Positions 34,941-52,265 of a DNA stretch of 64,000 bases are shown here, piece by piece. Both the position numbers and the translations under genes were made by a program. The notes beneath the pieces were generated by a model that was not told the DNA's origin, ran no database searches, and worked only from the letters and a program-made list of their open reading frames with translations. How positions within the stretch are numbered: position 1 is the first letter of the stretch; every line of letters starts with the position of its first letter. This DNA is from the human T2T-CHM13v2.0 reference genome, Homo sapiens: the NCBI RefSeq assembly GCF_009914755.1, contig NC_060941.1; one strand, 5' to 3'.

Positions 34941-35710
34941 ATATCCTTTCTGTGATGACCTTCCCCATGGGGAGGTGCTACAGAGCCCCTGGGCTTGTCC
35001 CGGCCTCTGGACAAAAGAATGTTCCACAGGGTCTGAGGAGGTTTCCCGACCCTCAGAACAATGATGGCCTGGTTAGAGCTGTGGTTTGGATGCCCAGAGG
35101 GACAACATCCAAACTGTTTGCAGTAGGCTCCCAGCATGATTGTTCTCATATGAGTGATGTTCACTAGGAAATGACGCCCCCTGTGTTGCAGGCAAGCACA
35201 CTCTGGGGTTGAGGCAACCCCCACGTGGAAGACACTATAAGGAGTACATCAGGTGAAATGTTAGGGTGAGGAGCCAACATCGGAGCATGGCCAACCCTTC
35301 TTCCACCCGAACTCAGGGCACTCCACATGGGGCAAACTGCTGTGCTCCAGCTAGCAGCAGCCCTGTGGTCCTGCCCTCCTGGGGCTCACAGTCCCTCAGG
35401 GAGACAAGTTGTAGAGGCAACAAGTGGTGCCAAATGCACAGGGTGAGAAGCAGTTAACCCAGAGGCCAGGAGCCTCCATGCAGGAGGGAGAGAAGAGTGT
35501 GATGGCAGGGGCCGAGGGTCCGTCCGAGGTGTGGGGCAGGGGCAGGGAGTCGAGGAAGGCCCAGGGTTCGGAGCTTGTGAGTGGACGGTGCTGCCAGCCA
35601 GAATTTCCGAGCTCGCCTTGGGCCCTTAAAGTCTGTCTCCCGCCGTCTGAGAGCATCAGGGACGCGCCGGGCCTGCTCCTCCCGGGCCTTTGCTTAACTC
35701 GGGGCTGCAC
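34941..35710 (+). other. DRC3: U12-type AT-AC intron 2 of DRC3
   Basis: 5'SS ATATCCTTT; branch TTGCTTAAC at 35690-35698; 3' end CAC at 35710; joins CT+G = Leu in frame. Confidence 0.92.
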
Positions 35711-35834
35711 GATGGCTCAGTGCCGGGACCTGGAGAATCACCACCACGAGAAGCTCCTGGAGATCTCTATCAGCACCCTGGAGAAGATTGTCGAGGGCGA
35801 CCTGGACGAGGACCTGCCTAACGACCTGCGCGCG
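35711..35834 (+). CDS. DRC3: DRC3 coding exon 10 (LMAQCRDLENHHHEKLLEISISTLEKIVEGDLDEDLPNDLRA)
   Basis: AC acceptor; donor GCG|GTAGGC; 124 nt. Confidence 0.92.
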
Positions 35835-35958
35835 GTAGGCGGGGCGGGCGGAGCATGTCGGGGAAGGGCTGGATGGAGTTGGACTGGGTGGGGAAGGGGC
35901 GGAGATGGGGCGGGGCGGGGGGGGGGGGAGCTGGGAGGGAGGGGAGGGGCGGGGCGGG
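35835..35958 (+). other. G-run cluster / G-quadruplex-forming tract directly after the DRC3 exon donor
   Basis: More than a dozen G3+ runs, including a G-homopolymer at ~35917-35928. Confidence 0.75.
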
Positions 35959-36535
35959 CTGCTCGGAGCCTGACAGATGTGGTCCAGCCCAGCTCTGTGG
36001 CTGGACTGAGGCTCTGTGAGTAAGCCTGACAACCTCCCAGAGCCTCAGTGTTCTCATCTGCAAAAGGGCACACTAACCTGCTTTACAGGGTTGCTGGCAG
36101 ATAAAATAGGCTAACAAAGCACCTGGTGGGGCACCCAGTGGGGCCCAGTTAAAGAGGAGCTCATGATAATTAGATGGTTTCAACTTTCCAACAGGGTCGT
36201 TTCCAAAAGTTCAATTATGTGGAGGCTTCTGGCACTTTCTAAGAGAAGCAGTTACAGGTAGAGGTTGAAGTCTGAGATTTCCCCTGGAGGTCTTCTTAAC
36301 CTTAGAGTCTGTATAATGAGTACTGTGGGGGTGTTGGAACCACCATTTCTGATCCTGCACAATGCCATCCGGTTTGCACCAGCACATCCACTGATGAATG
36401 GTCACAAAATCAGCAGGGTCGGCCTGAGGAACCTGGCTCCATCCCTGGGGTCTGCACGCTAAGAAGGCTCTCCCGGATGTCTGCGCTGGGTCCCGCAGCA
36501 GCATGTCTATGTCTCTGGAAGGAGTGTGGGCATCA

Positions 36536-36597
36536 AGGGCCCAGACAGAGATACTATGTTGTCAGGGCCCAGACAGAGATACTATGTTGTCAGGGCC
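36536..36597. repeat. 28-bp perfect tandem duplication
   Basis: AGGGCCCAGACAGAGATACTATGTTGTC twice, plus AGGGCC. Confidence 0.85.
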
Positions 36598-39184
36598 TGC
36601 TTTAGTGCATGCATCATTCACTCCACTGCCAGTTTCTCAGCTTCTCTCTGTCGCGACATCACCACCAAGGCAAGCCACCATCGTCCTTGGCCTGGACTGC
36701 TTGCCTCTTTACTGTCCTCTTACAGTCCGTCCTCCATGTGGCAGCCAGAGGGACCCTTGAAAACCCAAACCCTATCACTGCACACTTTTACACAACACCT
36801 TCTAGTGGCTTTCATGACCCCTAGCGTCAGCTCCTCCCCATAGTCCCCCAGACCCTCGGGCTGACCCTGCCCATCTGGGCGATTCCCACCCCCAGAACCC
36901 TCACTCCTGATGCTCAGCGGCAGCCTCTGAGCTCTTCCCCAGTCACCCAGGCTTGCTCCTTTCAGTTGATATTCCACCTGGCAGACACGCTCTTCCTAGG
37001 TCCCCATGTGCCTGGCTTGTCCTTGTCATTCAGATTTCAGCTTGACTATCAGCTCTTGGGAGAGGCCTTTCTTCATCAACTTCCAGAAAAACCACTGTCT
37101 CTGTATCACATGCCCCATTTATCAGGTCAGGTCAGAGCCTCATCATAGTTTCAAACTACCTGGCTGATGTGTATTTGCTGCTGATGTGACTATTCACACT
37201 ACATGTAAGCTCAGGAGGGAGGACGGGGATGGCCTTTTCACCACCATGTACCCCCTCAGTACCAGCAACAGTGTACAACATGCAGCACAGATGCCAGGCA
37301 TCATCTGCAGAATGAGTGTGAGAGCGTATGCTCACCAAGCCTCCACTCTGCCAGATATGGGGCTAAGTCTTGCAGACACACAGGACCAGCAGTCCCTGAC
37401 TTCCACAGCCTCTGTCCTGGGGCCCAGACAGACACCCAACATAGCAGTGTGGTGATAGGGTCACCGTGACACCAGCCTTCCCTCCCTAAGCTGTTAACTG
37501 CAGCTAATTGCTATTGACCAGACACAGGAAAACACCACCTTCCCTGTGAAGTAAGGCTGTCCCTGAGTGCCCAGTTTGGAATTCCCCAGACAGACCATCT
37601 TGGGGTGGGTGGAGATCCCTCCCAGCACAGCTCCCATGTCTGTGACACCCAGAAGGCACAGGACTGAAACGTGCCCAATTTCTAATGACTAGGACACACA
37701 GAAAAAGATGAATCCAGAGGCCAACAGCAGAGAAGCAGGCTGGGCTGGCATTTTCAGTGGCCAGCCCTCCCTCCAGCCCAGCTGGCTCTGCCTGGTGCCA
37801 GCTGACCACCATTCCTGTGGCTTTACGCCTGCAGTTATAGGAAGAGACTCCCCAGGACCTTATACCATGGCCTAAGTCTCCTTCCATCTAAGCAACAAAA
37901 AATGTGACCTACCCTTCTCAGGAGGAAAAAGTATGCTCTGACTATATGAGTAATACCAACATCACTTTGAAAGGCTGAGGTGGAAGGATTGCTTCAGCCC
38001 TGGAATTTGAGACCAGCCTGGGTAACATAGTGAGACCCCCTCTCTACAAATAATAATTTAAAAATTAGGTGATGCGCACCTGGTGGTCCCAGCTACTTGG
38101 GAGACTGAGGTTGGAGGATTACTTGAGCCTGGGAAGTCAAGGTGAGCCATGACTGTGCCACTGCACTCCAGTCTGGGTGACAGAGCAAGACCCTGTCTCA
38201 AAAAAATAAAATAAAATAAAGGAATAATACATCGCTGACATTTGACTGGGGGCCTCCTGAGGGCCAGCCCTCTGGGAAGCACTGAACTCATGTTTGCTTT
38301 TTTAATCTTCACATCAACACGGAAAAGTAGGTACTATTATGGTTCCCTTTTACAGATGAGGAAACTGAGGCACAGAGATGAAGGTAACCTGCCCAAGGAC
38401 ACACAGCTTATAACAGATAGGGTTGTGATTTGAACCAGGCAGTTTGATTGAAAGCCTTTGACAAAATGTCTACTGTATAGCAAGATGGGGATGTTCAGAG
38501 GAGGGACTAGGGCTGTGGGTGAAAAAAACCTGGCTTCTGCTACCTAATTATCAAGGAGCATATCTTGATAAGTCACCCTGATGAGGTTATCTCTAAAACT
38601 CCACTCATGCAGTTGAGTGACTGTTATCAGCTCATGACCTACATGGGGCCAATCTGTCCCATATCTATTTTCAAGTCCTTCCAGCTTTGAGAGGAAAAGC
38701 AGAACGTACATGCTGAGGAGAGAGCCTGGAGCTGGCACTGAGGGAGGGCATCTGAGTGGTGCTGGCAGCCACAGCTGCCCATTTAGGGAGGTGGGGAGGA
38801 CAGAGGTGCTGCCTGGCTGCTCTGAACATCCACGCGGGTATCCGGCTGCGAGGGCAGGGTGAGTGCTCAGGCCCAGGGAGGATGCAAGTCCCCAGGGTCT
38901 GCTCAAGTGGCAGTGGGTCTGACCCAAGCCAGCAGTCTCTGGACAGGGAGACTGCCACAAGATTCTGGCTGGCACCAGGAGACTCCACGTTGGCTTGTCC
39001 CTGCCCATCAAGCCAAGCTGCTCATTTGTCTGTGGCAGAGGAGAATGCAGGGTTGTCAGGTGCCCTTTGTGGGTATGATGGAATGATCTGATCCCACATG
39101 CCATGGGGCAGCAAGTCCTCAAGCCACTAGCAGTGCGGTGGTCCTGGGGAGGGGCACCAGCTGTTGCCTTCTCAAAAGTCACTT

Positions 39185-42720
<3,536 letters not shown>

Positions 42721-44859
42721 TAATGCCAATTTTTTTTTTTTTTTTGAGGTGGAGTTTCACTGTTGTTGCCCAGGCTGTAGTGCAGTGGTGCAATCTTGGC
42801 TCACTGCAACCTCGGCCTCCCAGGTTCAAGCTATCCTCCTGCCTTAGCCTTCCAAGTAGATGGGATTACAGGCACCCGCCACCATGCCCAGCTAATTTTT
42901 GTATTTTTATTCACCATATTGGCCAGGCTGGTCTTGAACTCCTGACTGAGGTGATCCACCCACCTTCCCGCCTTGGCCTCCCAAAGTGCTGAGATTACAG
43001 GCATGTGACACCGTGCCCGGCCAGTGCCAACGTGTTTAAACAAAGAAGTTGCTTTGAAAGAAATGTGTCTTTACAGCCACAAGGACCACAGAGCAGGGCA
43101 ACAGCTCAAAAAAGACTCAGGAATACCTGTTTGCACAGCCCCTGCCTCCACCCTAGTGCTTTCAACCTGCAGAAACTGGAGAGGGATCTGGAATATTCTA
43201 CCCATAAAAACTATTCTAAGAGGGAAAATTGAAGTAGCCACCACTCTAGGCCACCCAAAGTCCAGAAACAACTTGTAACTCACATTTCAAAACAATTCCC
43301 TTAAACCCAGTTTCCTTTTGTTTTCATTTTACAAATGTCACACAGTTTTTCATAACCAATTCTAATCATGTATGTTTCTAAGCAGATTTCAGTTTCTGTT
43401 GCTTCTCACAGCTTTTGAAGCTGTTTTCTACATATTCAAACTCTGAGGGGTATGATTTCTCTGCCTGGCTTAGAGCTCCACTATGACCCACCTTTTAGAA
43501 TGAAGGATGAGAACCTTTTCGTGATGGGTTGACACTGTGGTTGTAGTTATCTCTAAAATAACCAGGACACCCACTCCTAAGCACACTGCCAAGGCTCACC
43601 GAAAACAGGCTTTACACACCTTTGAACCATTCCCAGAGCCTGGCCTGGGACCTTGTACACACATGGAAAGAACTTAATAATTTCTTGACATTTCTCCCTT
43701 GTGACTGTGCTAATTGGTCCCCCAGACACCCCATTCCACATATCAGCTAACCTGGCTTTTCCCACATGAGATTATGTGGAAAATCAGCATCCCACAAGAC
43801 ATTAACAGGCATTACTCTGAAGTCTGTAGCCAAAAAAGTTGGAAAACCAAGAGAGACAAAGCTTAAAGGGTTTATTTTCCACAGGACTTTGTAGAGCCTT
43901 CAGAATACTTTGTGCCCAGCAAATCTTTAGGAGGGGCCTAGGATGTGCTGGCTTTCCCAAATGTATTTGACCAAAGAATACTTTTTTTGGCAGAAATATT
44001 AACATCTTAAGATTGCACAGAACGTTTTAGAGACCATTAAGTTAACTGCCACTACAGGAAAGAACAAAAAATGCACACTCCACTTGCAAATCCTCCCTGC
44101 AATACAGAGCATTCAGGTGCTCTGCCTTACCAAGCGCCTCTGCTTCAAGGTGGAAGCAACTGCTTACTGAGTGCTTCAGTGGCCTTGCCCTGCTCTGGGA
44201 AATGACTCCATTTCAACCATCCCAGGCAACAATAGCCACAGTGTCAACACCTAGAACCAGTGAGGCCTATTAGAAGGTGGTTGTTTCTAACAACTTTTTA
44301 CAAGACAGCAAAGTCAGGAACAAGAGAAGGCAGAAGGATACTCCAAATGGAATCCAAAGTTTGGTTTTGTTGACATGAGTGGCAGTGGAGAGACAACTGT
44401 GGGGTGAACACCCATGAGTTTGTAGGGCCTGCTGTCTTCAGAGCAGCCTCGAGACCCTCAGCCAGCCTCATGCTTCCACCCAGCAGGCAGAGGTTTTGGG
44501 CAAGTTAGACTTGAGAGTAATTGAGAGAGAAGCATTGTGAGAACAGATGTCCTGGGTGAGGTGCCCCCTGGGCAGCCATCTGCCTTCACCCTGGAGGAAA
44601 CATGCTTCCAGCGGGGACTGCAAAGTAACACCCTGGTTGGCCCTTTCCCCACAACACCTGCCCTGTGCAGTTGGGGAAGCGGCTGTCACAGATGAATTCA
44701 CAGATGAATCGGCAGAGTGCGCTGATACAAAGGTGGGCTCTGCTCTGAGTGTGGCCTGCACAGCCAGGGGACTTCCAAATGCTCCTTCTCTGTTCAGCTC
44801 CCTTTGTGTTCACGGTATAATGACACACACTTTCTCATTGGATTCTTTTCACTCACCAG

Positions 44860-44991
44860 CTTTTTGTCGATAAAGATACGATTGTTAATGCTGTCGGGGC
44901 ATCGCACGACATCCACCTCCTGAAGATTGACAATCGAGAAGATGAGCTGGTGACCAGAATCAACTCTTGGTGTACACGTTTAATAGACAGG
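44860..44991 (+). CDS. DRC3: DRC3 coding exon 11 (LFVDKDTIVNAVGASHDIHLLKIDNREDELVTRINSWCTRLIDR)
   Basis: caccag| ... AGG|GTGAGT; 132 nt. Confidence 0.93.
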
Positions 44992-45353
44992 GTGAGTCAA
45001 TCCCAAGCCATCCTAGCAGGCTGGATGAACTTTTCTAGCTGACATGGAAATCCTCCCTAGGTAGTGGATAGAATTTTCATTAAGGAATGAAATGAAGGAA
45101 GAAATAAAATTAAGGATTATAGAATTCCACACTGAAGACAACATTGCCCAGAGACTTTAAAACCCATGGGCTTCATCATTTTCCTAATTCCTACCTCAAA
45201 TATACAGAGATCAGCAGAACCTGGGGAGGCTCTGAAGCAAATGAGGTTTGCAGATCTAAAGGAACTATTTTCCCCTTCCCTCAAACTGGATTCAGTGAAA
45301 GATATTAACCAATGATCTGATGTAAGGAATCGGGCTTTGGTTTCACTCCTCAG

Positions 45354-45467
45354 ATTCACAAGGATGAGATCATGAGGAACCGCAAGCGCGTGAAGGAGAT
45401 CAATCAGTACATCGACCACATGCAGAGCGAACTGGACAACCTGGAATGTGGCGACATCCTAGACTAG
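45354..45467 (+). CDS. DRC3: DRC3 last coding exon (IHKDEIMRNRKRVKEINQYIDHMQSELDNLECGDILD*)
   Basis: cctcag|; TAG at 45465-45467; the 12 exons sum to 1572 nt = 523 aa. Confidence 0.94.
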   Translation: MHKDEIMRNRKRVKEINQYIDHMQSELDNLECGDILD

Positions 45468-45635
45468 ATGAATGTCAGCCACAGGAGCTTCTTCAAAACA
45501 TAGCACCAGCCCCAGCCAGGAGAAGGAAGTGCACACGCCTCACCCGCACCTCTAGAGAGTTGCTGGGCATCTCTCAACCGCGATCCCCAACACCATTCTT
45601 CCCCCACCCCTGGAAAAACTTCCAAAAGTAGAGAA

Positions 45636-45641
45636 AATAAA
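45636..45641 (+). terminator. DRC3: DRC3 polyadenylation signal
   Basis: AATAAA about 170 nt after the stop codon. Confidence 0.8.
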
Positions 45642-45685
45642 GGACTCATTTCACATTTCCCCTACTCATAAAAAAAAAAAAAATC

Positions 45686-46000
<315 letters not shown>

Positions 46001-47337
46001 TCATGTAGGAACAAGAGAAAGAGTTTGAGATGAACAGCCGGTCCCAGGCCAGCTGACAGAGCAACTCCCAAGGGCACTGCCATCAGCTAGATTCTTGGCT
46101 GTGGCATAAAGTCAGACACGTGCCCCTGCCGTTTCCCCTGCCATGCCTAGGCAGGCTGCCAGCCACAGGCAAAAGGAGGCCGGTGTGGGCTAAGACCTTC
46201 TCTGCTCTGGGTGCTGAGGGGCAGGGAAGCAGGAGGAGAGGCTGCAGCTCCCACCACAGTGCTGGGGCCTGGGCCTGCCCACCAAGGCTGAGGTTAGCCA
46301 CAAGGACCTGAGGACCCTCCAGAAGAGCAGAGTGCAGGCAGGGCATCCCAGCTCCACCATGTCACCCCCGCAGCCCTGGTGTCATCTGTGACAGTACCTC
46401 ACAGTGCCTTCGAGGAACAGTTCAGGGAGACAGTGCATGGGAAGCGTGGAGAGGCACCCAGCATGCGATCAGTGCCCTGTGAGCAGGGTTGATGCCATTA
46501 CCTTACTCAGGCTGGCAAGGACACAGGGCTGAGAGAGCCTGTCTGCCTGAGAACCACTCTTCCCCCCTGCCCTCTTACTGGCCTGACACCAGAAAGTAGC
46601 GCCTGCCTCCTGGGACACTAGAGGTGGCTATGTCAGGAGGACCCTTAGGACTCCTGGGTGGGAGATGAGCGGAAACATGCACATCAGGTGACCTTGTCAA
46701 GCCTGTCCAGGCTTTTAGCCCAGAAACAACTTCTATTTTCTACTTTCTAGAGTAAATCATTTGTTTTAGAACAGTAGGAACAAATAGAAACAACCAGCTT
46801 AGACCACAATTGTTTCAAAAGATTGTTTGATTAAAAGCCAGCCAAAAAAAAGCCTTCAGGCTGAGGCTGAAGAACACAAATAGAGTTGTCTGTGGATTAC
46901 ATGATTGTTTCCCCAGTGCAAGGTTCCTGACCACAGGCAGCAGATATCCAAACACGCCATGGGAGATAAGCTGTTTAACCCTCTGGAACCTAGACAAAAC
47001 AGGAAGAATGGAGAAGTGCAGAGGCATACGTGAAAACAGGGCTCAGCACATTTCCAGGGTGGAGAAATATTTAATAAAATCAGAGTCGAGAGAAAGTCAC
47101 TTGCACAATTCATCTCCTACATTCACTGCTGGCCAGGCCAGGGGCACCTGGGTTGAAATCAGGCTGACCTCCGGACAGCCGTACTAGCGCACTGTGTCTC
47201 GGGGGGAATCTCAGGGTGACGCTGAGGCCGAGTCCCCAAAAGCCAAGGAAGCCAGCCCCACAGGCTGGGGAGCCCTGAAGGCCGGGGGAGCTGTGGCTGC
47301 ACTGCCTCTATCCTGCTGAGTGTGCTCTGCCCAGGCC

Positions 47338-47475
47338 TCACTCCTTCAGGAGCTTGTGCTTGACTGTGGTGCTCTCGGAGCAGAGATGGATGAAGAGGGT
47401 GCCGGCGGCGGTGCGGGCCCGCAGCTCCTGCAGCTCATAGTCATGGGCCCACTCAATGTTGCCCCACTTCTGGAT
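47338..47475 (-). CDS. ATPAF2: ATPAF2 last coding exon ([45 protein letters not shown])
   Basis: ATP12 chaperone C-terminus; acceptor CAG at 47476-47478; TGA at 47338-47340. Confidence 0.95.
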   Translation of the reverse strand: MQKWGNIEWAHDYELQELRARTAAGTLFIHLCSESTTVKHKLLKE

Positions 47476-47935
47476 CTGAGGGAAGGACAAGACAAGTTGC
47501 TGGGTGAGTGGCCAGTGCCTGGCTGCCTCCTGACCAAAGCCACGTTCCATTCCAATAGGTTGGCTGAGGGCAACAGGTTTGTATCTTGCCAAAACACATG
47601 AGACATGCCTAGGGGGAGGTGGCAGGTAAGAACACCCAGGTACGCCAGACACGGTGGCTCACGCCTGTAATCCCAGCACTCTGGGAGACCGAGGCAGGAA
47701 GACTGCTTGAATCCAGGAGTTCAAGACCAGCCTGGGCAAATATGGTGCAACCTCACCTCTACAAAAAGGTTTAAAAATTAGCTGGGTGTGGTGGGGGTGC
47801 ACCTGTAGTCCCAGCTATTTGAGAGACTGAGGTAGGAGGACTGCTTTGAGCCCAGGAGGCTGAAGCTGCAGTAAGCCAAGATCACACCGCTGCACTCCCA
47901 CTTGGGCAACAGAGCAAGACCCTGTCTCAAAAACA

Positions 47936-47937
<2 letters not shown>

Positions 47938-47982
<45 letters not shown>
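47938..47982. repeat. (CA)n microsatellite at an Alu tail
   Basis: About 22 CA units after the Alu at 47644-47935. Confidence 0.9.
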
Positions 47983-47985
<3 letters not shown>

Positions 47986-49367
47986 CACCACCCCACCCCC
48001 AGGGAGCCGGAGCAGGCACCTGTGCTCTCTGTGGCATGGATGGTCTGGAAGAAGTGCAGTCCAGGCCCAGGCCCAGGGCCAGTGGCTGCCCACCCACCAC
48101 TGGGCAGGCTGGGTACCAGAACCACCCATGTGACTTCTTTGAGGAAGCCTTATGTGCCATCCCTTCTCCTACACTTCCTCCCAGAAAGCCTGTGAATGGA
48201 CAGCCTCTCCAAGTTGCCTTGCCATGCTGGGCTACAAGTGCCCCCCAGCGCCATGTGGGTGGAATAACTAAATCAAGTAAGGCCACGCAGTGGCTTCAAC
48301 TCTGACTCTTGTGGTAGTCACAGAACTACAGATGCCTCTGCTCTGCACACTGGGGACAAGTTGCAGATTCTCTGTCTGGAGCTCTAAAAACAAGAGGGAG
48401 GAACGCTCAGACACACGATGTGGCTGTCCAGACAGTGTAAGTCCAACCAAACCTTGCTGGCTCCTCCCTGGCTAGTTGCCCAAGAGGCCTGGCCTGGCCG
48501 CCCCAGCTCATCCAGGAACTCAGAATCCACCATGCTACACAAGCTATTTGAACTTCTGGGCTGCCTGGTCCCAAACTGTACAATTGTAATATGTCATCTG
48601 AAGAGTATTCCATACTTTCATTGTATACCATCACATACATAATTCAGGTTATTCCTCTGTTTGTAGAGGATCGAAACCAAAGTTCAGAGAATGATGGCCT
48701 GGCTTGGGTCCCATAGTCAGAAGCAGAGCCCAGACTGGCTTCCCACCAGCCCTACAAGTCACCCCCTTCCTATGTAATCAGTTCTGACATCCAGAGAATA
48801 GTAGCGGGCCTCCTTTGTTATACAAAAATAGTTTTTTCCCTGGCATTTTTCTGAGCAGAAGACTACAAGAACTAGGGAAATACATCACAAAAAGTTTTGT
48901 GTTTTTTTGTTTGTTTGTTTGTTTGTTTTTACCATATTAGGGACCAATTCATAATAGCAATTAACCTTCTGAGGTTGGTGGAATAACAATAAAAAGACTG
49001 CAAAGATGGCTATAATTTTCAGAGTTAAAAAATGCAAACCATACTGTGGCAAAACCTTAATTCTGAGCCCACTAAATCAAAACTTGTATACAAACAGCAG
49101 CTACCCCTATGCTCCTCTGCCAGCCAGATAAAATGTCAGGGTATGAAGGCTCAGCTGATGAAGGAGCACAAACGGGTTCTCAGTCATCTTGGCAGGGCCT
49201 GTTCTGCAGGCTTTATCAAGCCCAGATGGTCTTTATCCACCCGTGAACCTCCTTGTGCAGAGTGAGGCCTGACGGCCTTGGCCCTAAAATCACCAGACCT
49301 GGCTTCAAACCCCAGCTGGCACATTTTCCAGAGGTGCAACCTTGCACCTCCATTTCCTTCTGTGTAA

Positions 49368-49769
<402 letters not shown>

Positions 49770-49927
49770 TGACAATACTTCTGCTGGTCCTTGATTTTGA
49801 TTTCTGCGTGTACATAAAAGTAATAAAAGCCAAGTATGCATAACTATATTTCAGATGGGTTAGCTGCTCCCCCAAAGTGAGTCTGAACTAGGAAGGGGGA
49901 GGCGGGACCTGAGGTGCTGCTCCTCAC

Positions 49928-50043
49928 CTGGTACTCCTCCTCCAGGCGTGACAGCAGCACGGCCTGCTCCACTGTCAGGCGCAGGTCAATCAGGCCCAAG
50001 GTTAGCACCATGGACTTGAGCTGGGCAGCTACAAACTCAATCC
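49928..50043 (-). CDS. ATPAF2: ATPAF2 exon 7 (GIEFVAAQLKSMVLTLGLIDLRLTVEQAVLLSRLEEEYQ)
   Basis: ctgcag| ... CAG|GTGAG; 116 nt. Confidence 0.95.
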
Positions 50044-50549
50044 CTGCAGGGACACAAGCCAAGTCAGAACCCAAAACAGGGCAGCTGCCACAACCTACCC
50101 CTTGTGAGTCCCAGCAGCCCTAGCAGAGAACAGGAGTGAGTGGTGCAAAGAGCCATCCAGCGATTGTCCCACTCTTCTGAAAGAGCACTCTGGTCTTCCC
50201 TGGGGGTGATCCTCCTCTGCTCTTACCTAGTGAGACACATGACCCGAACTTGGCAAATCAGAGCTTTCCGCACCCAGTCTAGTGATTGGTTCATGGATGG
50301 ACATGTGACCCAAGCCAGGGCAATGAGATTGAACTCAAGACTTCTGCTGGCGAAGTCGGAGGTGGAAAGGTGTGAGCCTAGAGCGTAGAGTGATTGGCTA
50401 GCATCAGAGCCACCCAGCCTCCACACTCAGCTAGCCCAGAACACTCTGTGCCTCTCCACTCACAGGACCTGGGGAGGGGCAAGTACAGGCTTCAGACACT
50501 GATGGCCTTCACAGCCACCTGCCAAGCCCACAAGAAACTCCATACATGC

Positions 50550-50662
50550 CTTGTAAAGCCCATGTGTTGTAAGATGCCAGGTGGCTGACGAGCACCTCCC
50601 GAGTTTTGGCAGGGATGCTGGGTCCCATTATGCTGGTGGAGGAGCTGATCTCCACGCCGTAT
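50550..50662 (-). CDS. ATPAF2: ATPAF2 exon 6 (RYGVEISSSTSIMGPSIPAKTREVLVSHLASYNTWALQ); GC donor
   Basis: tttcag| ... CAAG|GCATGT; this donor keeps frame into exon 7 (G+GG = Gly). Confidence 0.92.
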
Positions 50663-51066
50663 CTGAAAGGAAAAGGGCTTCGGCATGTCTCTGTCATGCT
50701 GTAGCCCAAGAGCAGCCCACCTTTTGACTAGAAACAAAGGCCTAAGCTTCAGAGCATGTGTGTGCATTGGCCAAGGAGCTAGTCTTGACTACAGGAGCAA
50801 CTGCCACCATGGTCAGTGGCCTCCCGACCTGATTTTCTGTCCCTCAAAAGCAAACTTGGAGGACCAAGAAACTGTGCTGAATGAAGGGATGGTTCCTGAG
50901 TCATGTGAGCTAGGGCTCGGTTATACGCAGCTGCCTGAAATGCTCATTCATTCACCTGGAATCTCCATCAAAAGGCCATCTGCCTTTTACATCTCTTTAA
51001 AGTTTTTCACATTTGAGGACATATAAAAGTTAAAAACAATATTTAAAATGGTTTTCCTTAAAATAA

Positions 51067-52265
<1,199 letters not shown>

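Noticed and set aside
45670-45683. A-run after the DRC3 AATAAA as a sign of retroposition
   Set aside because: DRC3 has introns; the run is an A-rich Alu insertion flank, though it can cause oligo-dT priming artefacts
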